DNA from: Lachnospiraceae bacterium
Lineage (GTDB): Bacteria > Bacillota > Clostridia > Lachnospirales > Lachnospiraceae
Length of the DNA stretch: 64,000 nt
NCBI GenBank assembly: GCA_020860645.1
Contig: JAJBTX010000068.1
Location: 2,577-66,576, forward strand
Reading direction: 5' to 3'
The notes under the pieces are model-generated. The model was not told where the DNA came from. It saw only the letters and a program-made list of their open reading frames with translations, and ran no database searches. Positions 9,560-19,295 of the stretch are shown piece by piece. Position numbers and translations under genes: made by a program. Numbering within the stretch: the stretch's first letter is position 1; each line of letters starts with the position of its first letter.

Positions 9560-10783
9560 ATGATCAACGTAGTTGGACTCGGCTATATTGGCCTGCCGAC
9601 GGCTCTGATGTTTGCCGCGCACGGCGTCGAGGTTGTTGGCACAGACTACAACCGGGAGCTGGTGGAGACGCTTAAGGCGGGCAGGACGACCTTTGAGGAG
9701 GACGGCCTTGATGAACTCTTTGCGGAGGCTGTGAAAAAGGGCATCCGCTTTTCCCACGAATATCAGAGCACGGACATGTATATCGTGTCGGTGCCGACTC
9801 CCTACGACAAGGCGAGCAAAAAGGTGGACGCGAGTTTTGTGGTCGGGGCGGTGAAGAATGTGATGGAGGTCTGCCCGAAGGGCGCGGTCATCGTGATTGA
9901 GTCGACGATTTCCCCGGGGACGATCGACCGCCATGTGCGGTCTGTTGTGGAGGCGCAGGGCTTCACGATCGGCGAGGACGTTCATCTCGTCCATGCGCCG
10001 GAGCGCATCATCCCGGGAAATATGGTTTATGAGCTAAAACACAACTCGCGGACGATCGGCGCGGACAGCCGCGAGGTCGGCGAGCGGGTGAAGGCACTGT
10101 ACGCCTCCTTCTGCGAGGGAGAGATCGTCGTGACGGATATCCGTACCGCGGAGATGACGAAAGTCGTAGAGAACACCTTCCGCGATATCAATATCGCTTT
10201 CGCGAACGAGCTGGCCAAAATCTGCCGCTCCGACAATATGGATGTCTACGAGATCATCCGCATCGCGAATAAGCATCCGCGTGTGAATATTCTCTCGCCG
10301 GGACCGGGCGTGGGAGGACACTGTATTTCCGTCGATCCCTGGTTTCTGGTCGGCGACTACCCGGGACTCTCGAATATCATTCTGGCGGCCCGGAAGATCA
10401 ACGATTCCATGCCGGACTTCGTGCTGGAGCGGATTCACGATATCATGAAGGAAAACGGCATCGACGATGTAGGGCGCGTGGGTCTCTACGGGCTGACCTA
10501 CAAGGAGAATGTCGACGACACGCGGGAAAGCCCGACGCTGCAGATGCTGGACAGTATGGAACGCCATCTCACGGGTGGAAAGATCAAGGTCTATGATCCT
10601 TATGTGACGAGAGATATCGTTCCCAATCAGTATCATGATCTGGATTCCTTCCTGGAAGCCGTGGATATGGTGGTATTGCTGGTCGGGCATGATGAGATTA
10701 AGGAACAGATAGAAAAGCTGCAGGGCAAGGTGATTCTGGATACCAGGCATATCTGCTTCCTGGAAGGGGTTTACCGTCTGTAG
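9560..10783 (+). CDS. wecC: UDP-N-acetyl-D-mannosamine dehydrogenase (nucleotide-sugar dehydrogenase)
   Basis: MINVVGLGYIGLPTALMFAAHG Rossmann N-terminus, GPGVGGHCI catalytic Cys motif, about 407 aa. ATG at 9560 sits 9 nt after AAGGAG (the track start at 9554 is too close to the RBS). Confidence 0.8.
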   Translation: MINVVGLGYIGLPTALMFAAHGVEVVGTDYNRELVETLKAGRTTFEEDGLDELFAEAVKKGIRFSHEYQSTDMYIVSVPTPYDKASKKVDASFVVGAVKNVMEVCPKGAVIVIESTISPGTIDRHVRSVVEAQGFTIGEDVHLVHAPERIIPGNMVYELKHNSRTIGADSREVGERVKALYASFCEGEIVVTDIRTAEMTKVVENTFRDINIAFANELAKICRSDNMDVYEIIRIANKHPRVNILSPGPGVGGHCISVDPWFLVGDYPGLSNIILAARKINDSMPDFVLERIHDIMKENGIDDVGRVGLYGLTYKENVDDTRESPTLQMLDSMERHLTGGKIKVYDPYVTRDIVPNQYHDLDSFLEAVDMVVLLVGHDEIKEQIEKLQGKVILDTRHICFLEGVYRL

Positions 10784-10798
10784 GAAAAGGGACATAGA

Positions 10799-12475
10799 AT
10801 GGAAAGAAAGATTGGAAAGTACGATCTGGGCTTTTTGACTCTGCTTGTCGCCGTGCTGTTGATTCATCTGTCCAGAGTCAGGCTTGGATATGCAGATATG
10901 GACGAAAGCTTTTATCTGACAGTGCCATACCGCATTCTGCAGGGAGATTCTTTCCTGGTAGATGAATGGCATCTGTCCCAGCTGGTCGCTTTCCTCACAT
11001 TGCCACTGCTGAAGATCTATCTGTTGATTTTCAGAAGTACAGAGGGAATCTACCTGGCGTTTCGTTATATCTATCTGGCGGTGCTGACACTCTCCGCGGC
11101 GCTGTCTTACGTGCTGCTGCGGGGCCGGGATAAGCTTCTGGCTGCCGCATCGAGTCTTCTGCTTGCGCTTTTTGTCCCCTTTGGTCTCAGGACGATGGAT
11201 TACAATCAGCTGGGGCTTCTCGATGTCTGGATGTTTGCGGCGGTTATGCTTACCAGTACGCGCCACTTTCGGATAAGGTATATCGCGGCAGGTTTTCTGC
11301 TGGCGGCTGCTGTGCTCTGCAATCCCTATATGGTAATTTTATATCTGCTCTATGCGCTTGCCTGTCTGTGGAGACGGAGCAGGGAAGACGCTTTTGGGCC
11401 AAGGGCGCTCGGATGGCTGACAGTGGGCTGCGCCATTCCCTGTGTACTGTTTTTCACATTTCTGCTTTACAGAACTTCTCCGGGAAAGGTTCTGGAGAAT
11501 TTGCCGTATATTTTTAAGGATCCGGCTCACGTTGCCAAGTCTTTCGGGAGTTTCTTCAGCCCGATCGTGGAGTTTGTCATCTGGTTCTGGCCGTATTTCG
11601 TCCTGTGCATGCTGGGATTTCTGGTTGCGTTCGCGCTCCGGAGATTCCGGAGGGTGATATTTCAGCTCATGGCCCTGCTGCAGTTTGTGCTGTGGGTGCT
11701 CCTGTGCGTATTCAAGTCGAATGGAGTGGGAAAACATGCGATTATGCTGCCGCTCACGCTGCTCGGACTTATGGCCTTTCTGCTGACGGAGAAAAAAAAC
11801 TGGGACCTGTTCTTAAAGGGCTGGATGGTGGGAATTATCTATGCGGTATGTATGAATCTGAGCAGCAACCAGGGAATTTATGTAATCTGCAATGCCTGCA
11901 CGGTTTCCACCGGCTTTTCCCTGTTCCTGATCAAGGACTATCTGGACGAGGATCCGGAGTGGAATCACAGAATGTGGTGGCTGGCATCGCTGATTGTATT
12001 GCAGCTGCTGGCAGAGGTATGGATCAATATGGCAACGGTTTTCTGGGAGGACGATACATCTTCTCTGACGGCATTGATTGATCAGGGTCCGCAGAAGGGA
12101 ATCTACACGACAGAGAGAAAAAAGGAAATCTACGACATCAACTACGAGAATCTGCAATCGCTGGGGGATCTGTCCGGGAAAAATTTTGTGTGTTTCAATT
12201 ATTTCCCCTGTGCCTATCTGATTGTGGGAAGCGCGCGGAACGGCGGCTTCTCCGCCTGGCTGGCGGAGGCGGAAAATCTGACTGGCGAGCGTGCAGAACG
12301 TTTTCAGTGGTATTACGAGCTGCATCCGGAGAAGGAGCCGGATGTAATCTATATCGATGTGGAGTCTTCCTGCACCTGGTCGGATGAAGAGTGGGAAGCA
12401 TGGTGTGAGGAATATCATTATATCAGAGAAGTGTTCGAACGGGGCGGCAGCGTGCTGTACCGGCAGGGTTCATAG
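10799..12475 (+). CDS. polytopic membrane protein with C-terminal soluble domain, function unknown (possible polymerase/GT-C-like)
   Basis: 558-aa ORF with about 12 hydrophobic segments followed by a roughly 150-aa soluble tail. Architecture resembles the 2754..4382 protein. Confidence 0.6.
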   Translation: MERKIGKYDLGFLTLLVAVLLIHLSRVRLGYADMDESFYLTVPYRILQGDSFLVDEWHLSQLVAFLTLPLLKIYLLIFRSTEGIYLAFRYIYLAVLTLSAALSYVLLRGRDKLLAAASSLLLALFVPFGLRTMDYNQLGLLDVWMFAAVMLTSTRHFRIRYIAAGFLLAAAVLCNPYMVILYLLYALACLWRRSREDAFGPRALGWLTVGCAIPCVLFFTFLLYRTSPGKVLENLPYIFKDPAHVAKSFGSFFSPIVEFVIWFWPYFVLCMLGFLVAFALRRFRRVIFQLMALLQFVLWVLLCVFKSNGVGKHAIMLPLTLLGLMAFLLTEKKNWDLFLKGWMVGIIYAVCMNLSSNQGIYVICNACTVSTGFSLFLIKDYLDEDPEWNHRMWWLASLIVLQLLAEVWINMATVFWEDDTSSLTALIDQGPQKGIYTTERKKEIYDINYENLQSLGDLSGKNFVCFNYFPCAYLIVGSARNGGFSAWLAEAENLTGERAERFQWYYELHPEKEPDVIYIDVESSCTWSDEEWEAWCEEYHYIREVFERGGSVLYRQGS

Positions 12476-12493
12476 AACAGAGAGGAAAGTCGG

Positions 12494-13582
12494 ATGAAAC
12501 AATTATTCTTGAATGTTAATGATGGGAGCGTGCGGCTGCTCGATCAGCCGGCGCCTACGGTGAAGGAAAACATGGCGCTGGTCGAGAGCCTCTATACGGT
12601 CGTCAGTGCGGGCACGGAGCGCGGCCTGACCTCCTTCGGAGGAAAGAATCTGGTACAGAAGGCGCTGGAACGTCCCGACCAGGTGAAGAAGGTGCTCGAC
12701 AAGGTCGTCTCGGACGGACCGCTGACTGCGCTTGAGAGTACGTTTAACAAGCTGGCGGAGCCGATGCCGATGGGATATTCGGGCGTTGGCCGCGTCATCG
12801 CCTGCGGGCGCGGCGTGACGGAAGTACAGGCCGGGGATCTGGTAGCGATGGTCGGGACGGCCTACCACTGCGAGATTAACCGGGTCAGCCGGACAATGCT
12901 GACGAAGCTGCCGGAAGAGCTTACGGATTACCGGCAGGCGGCTTTCTGCGCACTCGGTGGTATCGCGCTCGAAGGGATCCATCAGGCGGAGGTCGTGCCG
13001 GGAGAGACGGTGGCGGTCATCGGACTGGGTCTCGTCGGCCAGATCGTCTGCCGCATTCTGAACGCTTACGGCTGTGATGTGATCGGCTACGACGTTGTGG
13101 ACAAGAGCATGGACGGCACGCGCCTGCTGGCCTTTATCGATTCGAACGATGACAGCGCGGCGGATATGACGAAATCGCTGACGCGCGGGCGCGGCGCAGA
13201 CAAGGTGATCATCACGGCGGCGGCGGATTCCAACGCGCCGATGGATCTCGCGGCGGCGATCGCGCGTGACCGCGGCATCATCTGCATGATCGGGGTGACG
13301 CAGATGAACATCGACCGCAGACCCTATTATGAGAGAGAACTGACATTCAAGATCGCGCGCTCCTACGGCGCGGGACGGTATGACTCCATCTACGAGGAGC
13401 AGGGCATCGACTATCCGATCGGCTATGTGCGCTTCACGGAGGGCCGCAATATTGAGGAGTTTGTGCGTCTGCTCGCGCAGAAGCGTGTCGACGTGTCTGA
13501 CCTCATCACGCATGAGATTCCCTTCGAGGACGCAGCGAAGGCCTACGAGATGATCACGATGAACCCGGATCATGAGCGCTAA
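12494..13582 (+). CDS. N-terminal (MDR/Zn-alcohol-dehydrogenase-like) half of a bi-domain oxidoreductase
   Basis: GxGxxG-type VAVIGLGLVGQ motif and alcohol-dehydrogenase-like layout. Ends at TAA 13580-13582, in the same frame as the next ORF. Confidence 0.8.
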   Translation: MKQLFLNVNDGSVRLLDQPAPTVKENMALVESLYTVVSAGTERGLTSFGGKNLVQKALERPDQVKKVLDKVVSDGPLTALESTFNKLAEPMPMGYSGVGRVIACGRGVTEVQAGDLVAMVGTAYHCEINRVSRTMLTKLPEELTDYRQAAFCALGGIALEGIHQAEVVPGETVAVIGLGLVGQIVCRILNAYGCDVIGYDVVDKSMDGTRLLAFIDSNDDSAADMTKSLTRGRGADKVIITAAADSNAPMDLAAAIARDRGIICMIGVTQMNIDRRPYYERELTFKIARSYGAGRYDSIYEEQGIDYPIGYVRFTEGRNIEEFVRLLAQKRVDVSDLITHEIPFEDAAKAYEMITMNPDHER

Positions 13583-13717
13583 ATCGGCGTTATCCGGAAA
13601 TATGAGGAGAACCAGGAAAAATGGAAGGACACCGGTGGAAGCGCGGCGAAGGAAGCCGTATCCGGCGACGAGATCCGACTCGGACTCATCGGCGCGGGTA
13701 ATTTCGCGCGCAGTACG

Positions 13718-14614
13718 ATGCTGCCGATCATGAAGGAGAGCGGAAAATTTGCGTTCCATGGCCTGGCTACGACCGGCGGGGTCGGCGCGGCCCAGGCGAA
13801 CGCGGAGACGCCCTTTACCTATACAACGAACAATTATAAAAAGCTTCTGGAGGATCCGGATATCGATCTGATCGCAGTCTCCACGCAGCACGGCAGCCAC
13901 GCAAAATTTGTCGTCGAGGCGCTGGAGGCGGGAAAAAATGTATACTGCGAGAAGCCGCTCTGCCTTACGCTGGAGGAGCTGGAGAGAATCAAGGCGGCTT
14001 ACGGTCAGTCGAAGGGCGAACTCTTCGTCGGCCTTAACCGTCGCTATGCGCCGCTTGCCCGGCAGTTGAAAAAGGAGATGAAGACCGACCAGATTCCGGC
14101 GGTCTATGATTTCATCGCGAACGCGGGGTTCATCCCCCAGAAGCACTGGGTTCACGATGAGGCCGCGGGCGGCGGACGGATACTCGGCGAAGCCTGCCAT
14201 TTTGTCGACCTGATTCAGTATCTCGACGGGAGTGAGCTGCTCGACCTCACTGTGACGGCGGCGAAGAACGACGCCTACCCGATGAACGACAACGTGCTGA
14301 TTACGCTGCGCTTCGCGTCGGGCGCGGTCGGCAATATCGTCTACTCCTCGATGGGTTCGAAGCGCTATCCGAAGGAACAGCTCAGAGTCCTCTCGAACGG
14401 CATGGTCTGTGAGCTGGACAACTTCATCCGCCTGCGGAAATTCGGCTCCTCGAAGACTGCGTCGCACCAGCTGAAACAGGACAAGGGGATCAAAGCGGAG
14501 TATGAATATATTTACAGAGTCCTGAAAGGAAAGAAAAAGAACGCGGCGCTCGCGGACGCCTTCCGCGCCCAGGAGCTGCTGATCCGCGCGATGCAGAAAG
14601 TGAAGGAAGCATGA
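13718..14614 (+). CDS. C-terminal (Gfo/Idh/MocA) half of a bi-domain oxidoreductase; listed from first ATG
   Basis: EKPL motif (YCEKPLCLT) and Gfo/Idh/MocA C-terminal region. Its Rossmann strand-loop LGLIGAGNFA is encoded upstream of this ATG, at 13679-13708, in the same frame. Confidence 0.75.
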   Translation: MLPIMKESGKFAFHGLATTGGVGAAQANAETPFTYTTNNYKKLLEDPDIDLIAVSTQHGSHAKFVVEALEAGKNVYCEKPLCLTLEELERIKAAYGQSKGELFVGLNRRYAPLARQLKKEMKTDQIPAVYDFIANAGFIPQKHWVHDEAAGGGRILGEACHFVDLIQYLDGSELLDLTVTAAKNDAYPMNDNVLITLRFASGAVGNIVYSSMGSKRYPKEQLRVLSNGMVCELDNFIRLRKFGSSKTASHQLKQDKGIKAEYEYIYRVLKGKKKNAALADAFRAQELLIRAMQKVKEA

Positions 14615-15600
14615 GAATCCTGGTATACGACACGGCGGCGGACAGCGGCGGCGCGGTGACGGTGCTGGAAAGCTTTTATGAAGAGTTTTCAAAGGATACG
14701 AAGAATCGTTATGTCTTTGTGCTGGGACGCTATGAGCTGCAGCGGACGGAGAATATCCGGGTGCTGCGCTACCCGTGGGTGAAGAAGAGCCCGCTGCACC
14801 GCCTGTATTTTGAGTGGGTCAAAGCGCCGCGTATTATAAAAAAATACCGAATTGACCGGGTGCTCTCGCTTCAGAATATCACGCTGCCCCGGGCTGGCGT
14901 GCCGCAGGATGTGTACGAGCACAACGCGCTGCCGTTTTCGGAGTATCGCTTTCGCCTGCGGGGCGGCTACCGGCCGTGGCTGACACAGCAGCTGCTTGGC
15001 AGGATGATGAAGCATTCGATTCGCCGTGCCCGGAAGGTCATGGTGCAGACCCGCTGGATGAAGGAGGCGATCGTCCGGCAGTGCGGGATTCCCGGGGAGA
15101 AGGTGGAGGTGAAGTTCCCTGCGGTGGAGATGCTGCAGACCGAAGCCTGGCAGTTGGACGATGCGCGTCCGGCCTTTCTTTATCCGGCGAACGCATCCGC
15201 CTACAAGAATCACCGCACGCTGCTCGCGGCCTGTAAGCTTCTGAAGGAGCGGGGTTTTAGCGATTATCGCATGATCTGGACGGTGACCGGGGAGGAGAAC
15301 GACGGAATTCGTGAGATGAAAAAAGCGGCGGAGCGTGAACGGCTGCCGATCGAGTTTCGCGGCCCGGTGCCGCGCCGCGAGCTCTTTGACCTCTATGCCT
15401 CGTCCGTCCTGGTATTTCCGTCTTATGTGGAGACGGTGGGAATGCCGCTTCTGGAAGCGCAGTCCGTGAGGGCGCCGCTTCTTGCTGCGGACTGTCTCTA
15501 TGCGCGGGATATCGCGGGCGATTATGAGCGGGCGGAATTTCTGCCGGTATTTGAAGCGGAGGCCTGGTGCGCCGCGATGCAGAAATGGCTTGAAAAATAG
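14611..15600 (+). CDS. glycosyltransferase family 1/4
   Basis: MRILVYDTAADSGGA N-terminus and C-terminal E..G.P.LEA motif (VETVGMPLLEAQ). ATGA overlap with the upstream gene. Confidence 0.8.
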   Translation: MRILVYDTAADSGGAVTVLESFYEEFSKDTKNRYVFVLGRYELQRTENIRVLRYPWVKKSPLHRLYFEWVKAPRIIKKYRIDRVLSLQNITLPRAGVPQDVYEHNALPFSEYRFRLRGGYRPWLTQQLLGRMMKHSIRRARKVMVQTRWMKEAIVRQCGIPGEKVEVKFPAVEMLQTEAWQLDDARPAFLYPANASAYKNHRTLLAACKLLKERGFSDYRMIWTVTGEENDGIREMKKAAERERLPIEFRGPVPRRELFDLYASSVLVFPSYVETVGMPLLEAQSVRAPLLAADCLYARDIAGDYERAEFLPVFEAEAWCAAMQKWLEK

Positions 15601-15654
15601 ACCAAACTGGTATATATTAGGGTCAGTTTATACGATCGAAAGGATGGTTAAAAT

Positions 15655-16164
15655 ATGGCATTACTGAAGGAATGGCAGAAGATTGCCTACGATGAGAAGA
15701 AGGACAAGGGTCTGCTCCGGAAATTCTGGGACGATTATTTCCTGCTCGAGAAGGGCGTCTATGAGCAGCTGCTCGCGGAGCCGGACGTCGAGGTGAAGGG
15801 CACGGTGAAGGAGCTCGCGGAAAAATATAAGCTGAGCGTTCTGGAGATGGCCGGTTTTCTCGACGGCATCAACGACAGTCTGGTGGAGCCGAATCCGATC
15901 GAGGAGATGGAGGAGGACACGGTCGTCAGCCTGAAGTTTGACAAAGAAAAGCTCTATAAGAACATGGTTGAGGCGAAGGCGGACTGGCTCTATGAGCTGC
16001 CGCAGTGGGAGAGCATCTTCGACGAGGAGACGAGGCACAGGCTCTACATAGAGCAGAAGAAGTCCGGGACGATCGTAAAAGGAAAGAAGATTGGCCGTAA
16101 CGATCCCTGTCCCTGCGGGAGCGGAAAGAAGTACAAGCAGTGCTGCGGGAGGAAAAAGGCATGA
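15655..16164 (+). CDS. SEC-C metal-binding domain protein
   Basis: C-terminal [19 protein letters not shown] motif. Its stop overlaps the thrS start (ATGA at 16161-16164). Confidence 0.8.
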   Translation: MALLKEWQKIAYDEKKDKGLLRKFWDDYFLLEKGVYEQLLAEPDVEVKGTVKELAEKYKLSVLEMAGFLDGINDSLVEPNPIEEMEEDTVVSLKFDKEKLYKNMVEAKADWLYELPQWESIFDEETRHRLYIEQKKSGTIVKGKKIGRNDPCPCGSGKKYKQCCGRKKA

Positions 16165-18089
16165 AAATCACTTTGAAGGATGGTTCGGTTAAGGAATACG
16201 CACAGCCGATGTCTGTGATCGACATTGCGCGGGATTTAAGTGATGGTCTGGCGCGCATGGCCTGCGTCGGCGAGGTGAACGGCGAGATCGTCGATCTGCG
16301 CACGGTCGTGGAGGATGACGCGCAGGTAAATATCCTCACCGCGCGGGACGAGGCGGGTCTGGCGGCGCTGCGTCACACGGCAAGCCATGTGATGGCGCAG
16401 GCGGTGCTGCGTCTCTACCCGGGTACCAAGCTGGCGATCGGCCCTTCGATCGCAAACGGTTTTTACTATGATTTTGAGTTTGAAGAGCCGCTGACGAGCG
16501 ACGATTTCGAGAAGATTGAGGCGGAGATGAAGAAGATCATCAAGGAGGATCTGCCGCTTGAGCGCTTCACGAAGCCGCGCGAGGAAGCGATCGCCTATAT
16601 GCAGGAAAAGGGTGAGCCCTACAAGGTTGAGCTGATTCAGGACTTACCGGAGGACGCGGTGATCGGCTTCTACAGCCAGGGCGAGTTCACCGATCTCTGC
16701 GCGGGACCGCATCTGATGAGCACAAAAGGCGTTGGCAAGGCCTTCAGGATCATGAGCCTTGCGGGCGCGTACTGGCGCGGCGACGAGCACCGTCAGATGC
16801 TGACCAGACTTTATGCGACCGCTTTTGCGAAGAAGGACGAGCTGGAGGCCTATATCACGATGATGGAGGAGGCCAAAAAGCGCGATCACCGGAAGATCGG
16901 CAAGGAGCTTGGGCTCTTTATGATGAATGAGGCGGGCCCCGGCTTTCCATTTTTCCTGCCGAAGGGCATGGTGCTGAAGAATACGCTGCTCGATTACTGG
17001 AGACAAATTCATAAGAGAGCGGGTTATGTGGAGATCTCCACGCCGATTATCCTGAACCGGAGCCTCTGGGAGACCTCCGGCCACTGGGATCACTATAAAA
17101 ATAACATGTACACGACGGTCATCGACGAGGAGGACTACGCGATCAAGCCGATGAACTGCCCGGGCGGCGTGCTGGTCTACGCGTCTGAGCCGCGGTCCTA
17201 CCGCGACCTGCCGCTGCGCATGGGAGAGCTGGGTATTGTGCATCGCCATGAGAAGTCCGGTCAGCTCCACGGCCTGATGCGTGTGCGCTGCTTCACGCAG
17301 GACGACGCACACATCTTCATGACGTCGGAGCAGATCAAGGATGAGATCAAGGGCGTCGTGGCGCTGATCGACGAGGTCTACTCACTGTTCGGCTTTGAGT
17401 ATCATGTGGAGCTCTCGACGAGACCTGAAGACTCGATGGGCAGCGACGAGGACTGGGAGATGGCGACGGAGGGCCTGCGGAGCGCGCTTGATGAGCTGCA
17501 GCTTCCCTATGTAGTTAATGAGGGAGACGGCGCCTTCTATGGACCGAAGATCGATTTCCATCTGGTGGACTGCATCGGCAGAACCTGGCAGTGCGGCACG
17601 ATTCAGCTCGATTTCCAGCTGCCGCAGCGTTTTGAGCTGGAGTACACGGGCGCGGACGGCGAGAAGCACCGCCCGATCATGATTCACCGCGTGGTATTTG
17701 GCTCGATTGAGCGCTTTATCGGCATTCTGACCGAGCATTTCGCGGGCGCCTTCCCGACCTGGCTCGCGCCGGTGCAGGTGCGTGTGCTGCCGATTTCCGA
17801 CAAATACATGGATTATGCGAAGAGCGTGCGGGATAAGCTGGACGTCGCAGGCATCCGTGTGGAGCTCGACACCCGCTCTGAGAAGATCGGCTACAAGATT
17901 CGCGATGCGCGGAATCAGAGGATTCCTTACATGCTGGTCGTCGGCCAGAAGGAGGAAGAGGATGGGTCCGTGTCCGTCCTCAGCAGATCCGGGGACGAGG
18001 GCTCGAAGGCGCTGGACGCATTTATCGGAGATATTTTGAGAGAGATTGAGACAAAGGACAACGGCCTGACAAGAGGAAACGAGGAATGA
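16161..18089 (+). CDS. thrS: threonine--tRNA ligase
   Basis: [12 protein letters not shown]-domain start and class II synthetase core ([26 protein letters not shown]). ATG at 16161 preferred over the track start at 16140. Confidence 0.95.
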   Translation: MKITLKDGSVKEYAQPMSVIDIARDLSDGLARMACVGEVNGEIVDLRTVVEDDAQVNILTARDEAGLAALRHTASHVMAQAVLRLYPGTKLAIGPSIANGFYYDFEFEEPLTSDDFEKIEAEMKKIIKEDLPLERFTKPREEAIAYMQEKGEPYKVELIQDLPEDAVIGFYSQGEFTDLCAGPHLMSTKGVGKAFRIMSLAGAYWRGDEHRQMLTRLYATAFAKKDELEAYITMMEEAKKRDHRKIGKELGLFMMNEAGPGFPFFLPKGMVLKNTLLDYWRQIHKRAGYVEISTPIILNRSLWETSGHWDHYKNNMYTTVIDEEDYAIKPMNCPGGVLVYASEPRSYRDLPLRMGELGIVHRHEKSGQLHGLMRVRCFTQDDAHIFMTSEQIKDEIKGVVALIDEVYSLFGFEYHVELSTRPEDSMGSDEDWEMATEGLRSALDELQLPYVVNEGDGAFYGPKIDFHLVDCIGRTWQCGTIQLDFQLPQRFELEYTGADGEKHRPIMIHRVVFGSIERFIGILTEHFAGAFPTWLAPVQVRVLPISDKYMDYAKSVRDKLDVAGIRVELDTRSEKIGYKIRDARNQRIPYMLVVGQKEEEDGSVSVLSRSGDEGSKALDAFIGDILREIETKDNGLTRGNEE

Positions 18090-19129
18090 AGGAGAGAAGA
18101 GCGGAGCTGGATATGATTCGGATCATCGCCTGTTTTCTGGTGGTGCTTCTCCATGTGGCGAGCTATGGGATGGAGGCGAAGGACCCGACGACAGTCGACT
18201 GGCTGATTCGCGATGCGGTGGTGTCGCTGGCCCGCTGTGCGGCGCCGCTCTTTTTCATGCTGAGCGGAGTGCTTTTCATGGAGAAAGAGCTGTCGATCGG
18301 GCAGCTCTTCCGGAAATACATCGCGCGGATTGCGCTTGCCTGGCTGCTCTGGTCGGCCTTTTACGCCGCGATCGATGTGGCCGCGTATCTGGGGAGCGGA
18401 GATGACCCGGCGGGTTATTTCCTGACAAAGCTGCTGAGCGGTCATTATCACCTCTGGTTTTTGCCGTCGCTGCTGGTCGCCTATCTGTTCCTGCCGCTTT
18501 TGCAGAAGCTGGTGAGCTCCTGCACGGTGCAGGAGCTGAAATATCTGGCGCTCGTGATCCTGGTGGGGGTGATCGGAAAGAGTACGCTCGATCCCTTCCT
18601 CGGCGGGAATGCGGCGTGGGATGGGTTCTGGGACAATTTCACGATTCCCTTTGCCTGTATCGGCCTGCTGTACTTTGTGCTGGGATATTTTCTGTACCGG
18701 TACAGGGAGTGCATTTCAGCGGGGAAAGCGTTTCTGCTCTATTTCCTTTTTGCGCTCGTGATGATCGCGATCAACACGGTCTGCGCGTTCCGGAGCGGCG
18801 CGCATTCCACCGCAGGCAACGGATATCTGACCCTGTGGGTTGTACTCTCGAGCGCGGGAATGTTTATGTTCCTGCTGCAAATCCTTTCCGAATGGAGCCC
18901 GGGAGAAAAGACGGCGGCGCGGCTTCAGAGCCTTTCCTCCCATACATTCGGGATTTACCTTGTACACATGCTGTTCATCGAGCAGGTTTTCCGCAGATTC
19001 GGCCTGACACAGGATCGGTTCCCGGCGCTCGTGTCCATCGTACTGTTCTCGGTGCTGACCTTCGTGCTGAGCTATGTCGTGGTGTGGGTGATAAAGAAAA
19101 TCCCTGTACTGGGCCGCTGGGTGGTGTAA
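18086..19129 (+). CDS. acyltransferase family 3 membrane protein
   Basis: N-terminus ELDMIRIIACFLVVLLH and a roughly 10-TM layout are typical of acyltransferase_3 O-acyltransferases. Confidence 0.8.
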   Translation: MKERRAELDMIRIIACFLVVLLHVASYGMEAKDPTTVDWLIRDAVVSLARCAAPLFFMLSGVLFMEKELSIGQLFRKYIARIALAWLLWSAFYAAIDVAAYLGSGDDPAGYFLTKLLSGHYHLWFLPSLLVAYLFLPLLQKLVSSCTVQELKYLALVILVGVIGKSTLDPFLGGNAAWDGFWDNFTIPFACIGLLYFVLGYFLYRYRECISAGKAFLLYFLFALVMIAINTVCAFRSGAHSTAGNGYLTLWVVLSSAGMFMFLLQILSEWSPGEKTAARLQSLSSHTFGIYLVHMLFIEQVFRRFGLTQDRFPALVSIVLFSVLTFVLSYVVVWVIKKIPVLGRWVV

Positions 19130-19158
19130 AAGCCGGGGATTTTTATCGTAAAAAAATG

Positions 19159-19187
19159 TTGACAAGCGATTATGCTTTTGGTATGAT
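19159..19187 (+). promoter_or_regulatory. sigma-A promoter TTGACA-17-TATGAT for the tRNA
   Basis: Consensus -35 at 19159-19164, 17-nt spacer, -10 at 19182-19187, about 30 nt upstream of the tRNA 5' end. Confidence 0.6.
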
Positions 19188-19217
19188 ATCCTAGTCGGTT
19201 GAGAGACCGGCGGATAT

Positions 19218-19291
19218 GGCGAGATAGCTCAGCTGGCTAGAGCACGCGGTTCATACCCGCGGTGTCGAGGGTTCGAGTCCCCCTCTCGCTA
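19218..19291 (+). tRNA. tRNA-Met (anticodon CAT), elongator type; no encoded CCA
   Basis: Hand-folded cloverleaf. Acceptor GGCGAGA/TCTCGCT, D arm GCTC-AGCTGGCTA-GAGC, anticodon arm CGCGG-TTCATAC-CCGCG, 5-nt variable loop, T arm GAGGG-TTCGAGT-CCCCC. A lysidine-modified tRNA-Ile2 cannot be excluded. Confidence 0.85.
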
Positions 19292-19295
19292 CTTG

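Larger units (their letters stand above)
12494..14614 (+). pseudogene. bi-domain oxidoreductase interrupted by a single in-frame TAA (13580-13582)
   Basis: Both halves share one frame. The 135 nt between them translate without a stop into a plausible linker plus the nucleotide-binding motif of the second domain, and contain no canonical start codon. Confidence 0.55.

Noticed and set aside
13580-13582. Programmed recoding (selenocysteine or pyrrolysine) of the internal stop.
   Set aside because: The codon is TAA. Sec uses TGA with a SECIS element and Pyl uses TAG, so a nonsense mutation or sequencing error is more parsimonious.
13583-13717. A genuine intergenic spacer between two separate oxidoreductase genes.
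   Set aside because: The 135 nt are stop-free in the same frame as both neighbours, encode the GxGxxA motif of the downstream domain, and contain no RBS/start pair.
12503-14692. 729-aa minus-strand ORF. Similar long antisense ORFs include 948..2399, 8377..9075, 10034..11266, 23212..24402, 28298..28981, 30760..31641, 34801..35826, 42307..43209, 51158..52042, 53536..54549, 58095..59198, 60068..60724 and 62818..63492.
   Set aside because: Each lies exactly opposite a plus-strand gene with clear family motifs. Their products are Arg/His/Leu/Pro-rich low-complexity strings typical of the reverse frame of GC-rich coding DNA, and none has an RBS or a recognisable motif.
16140-16160. Track start at 16140 for thrS ([12 protein letters not shown]...).
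   Set aside because: The ATG at 16161 gives the canonical [12 protein letters not shown]-domain start and forms an ATGA overlap with the upstream stop. The earlier start would lie inside the SEC-C coding sequence without an RBS.
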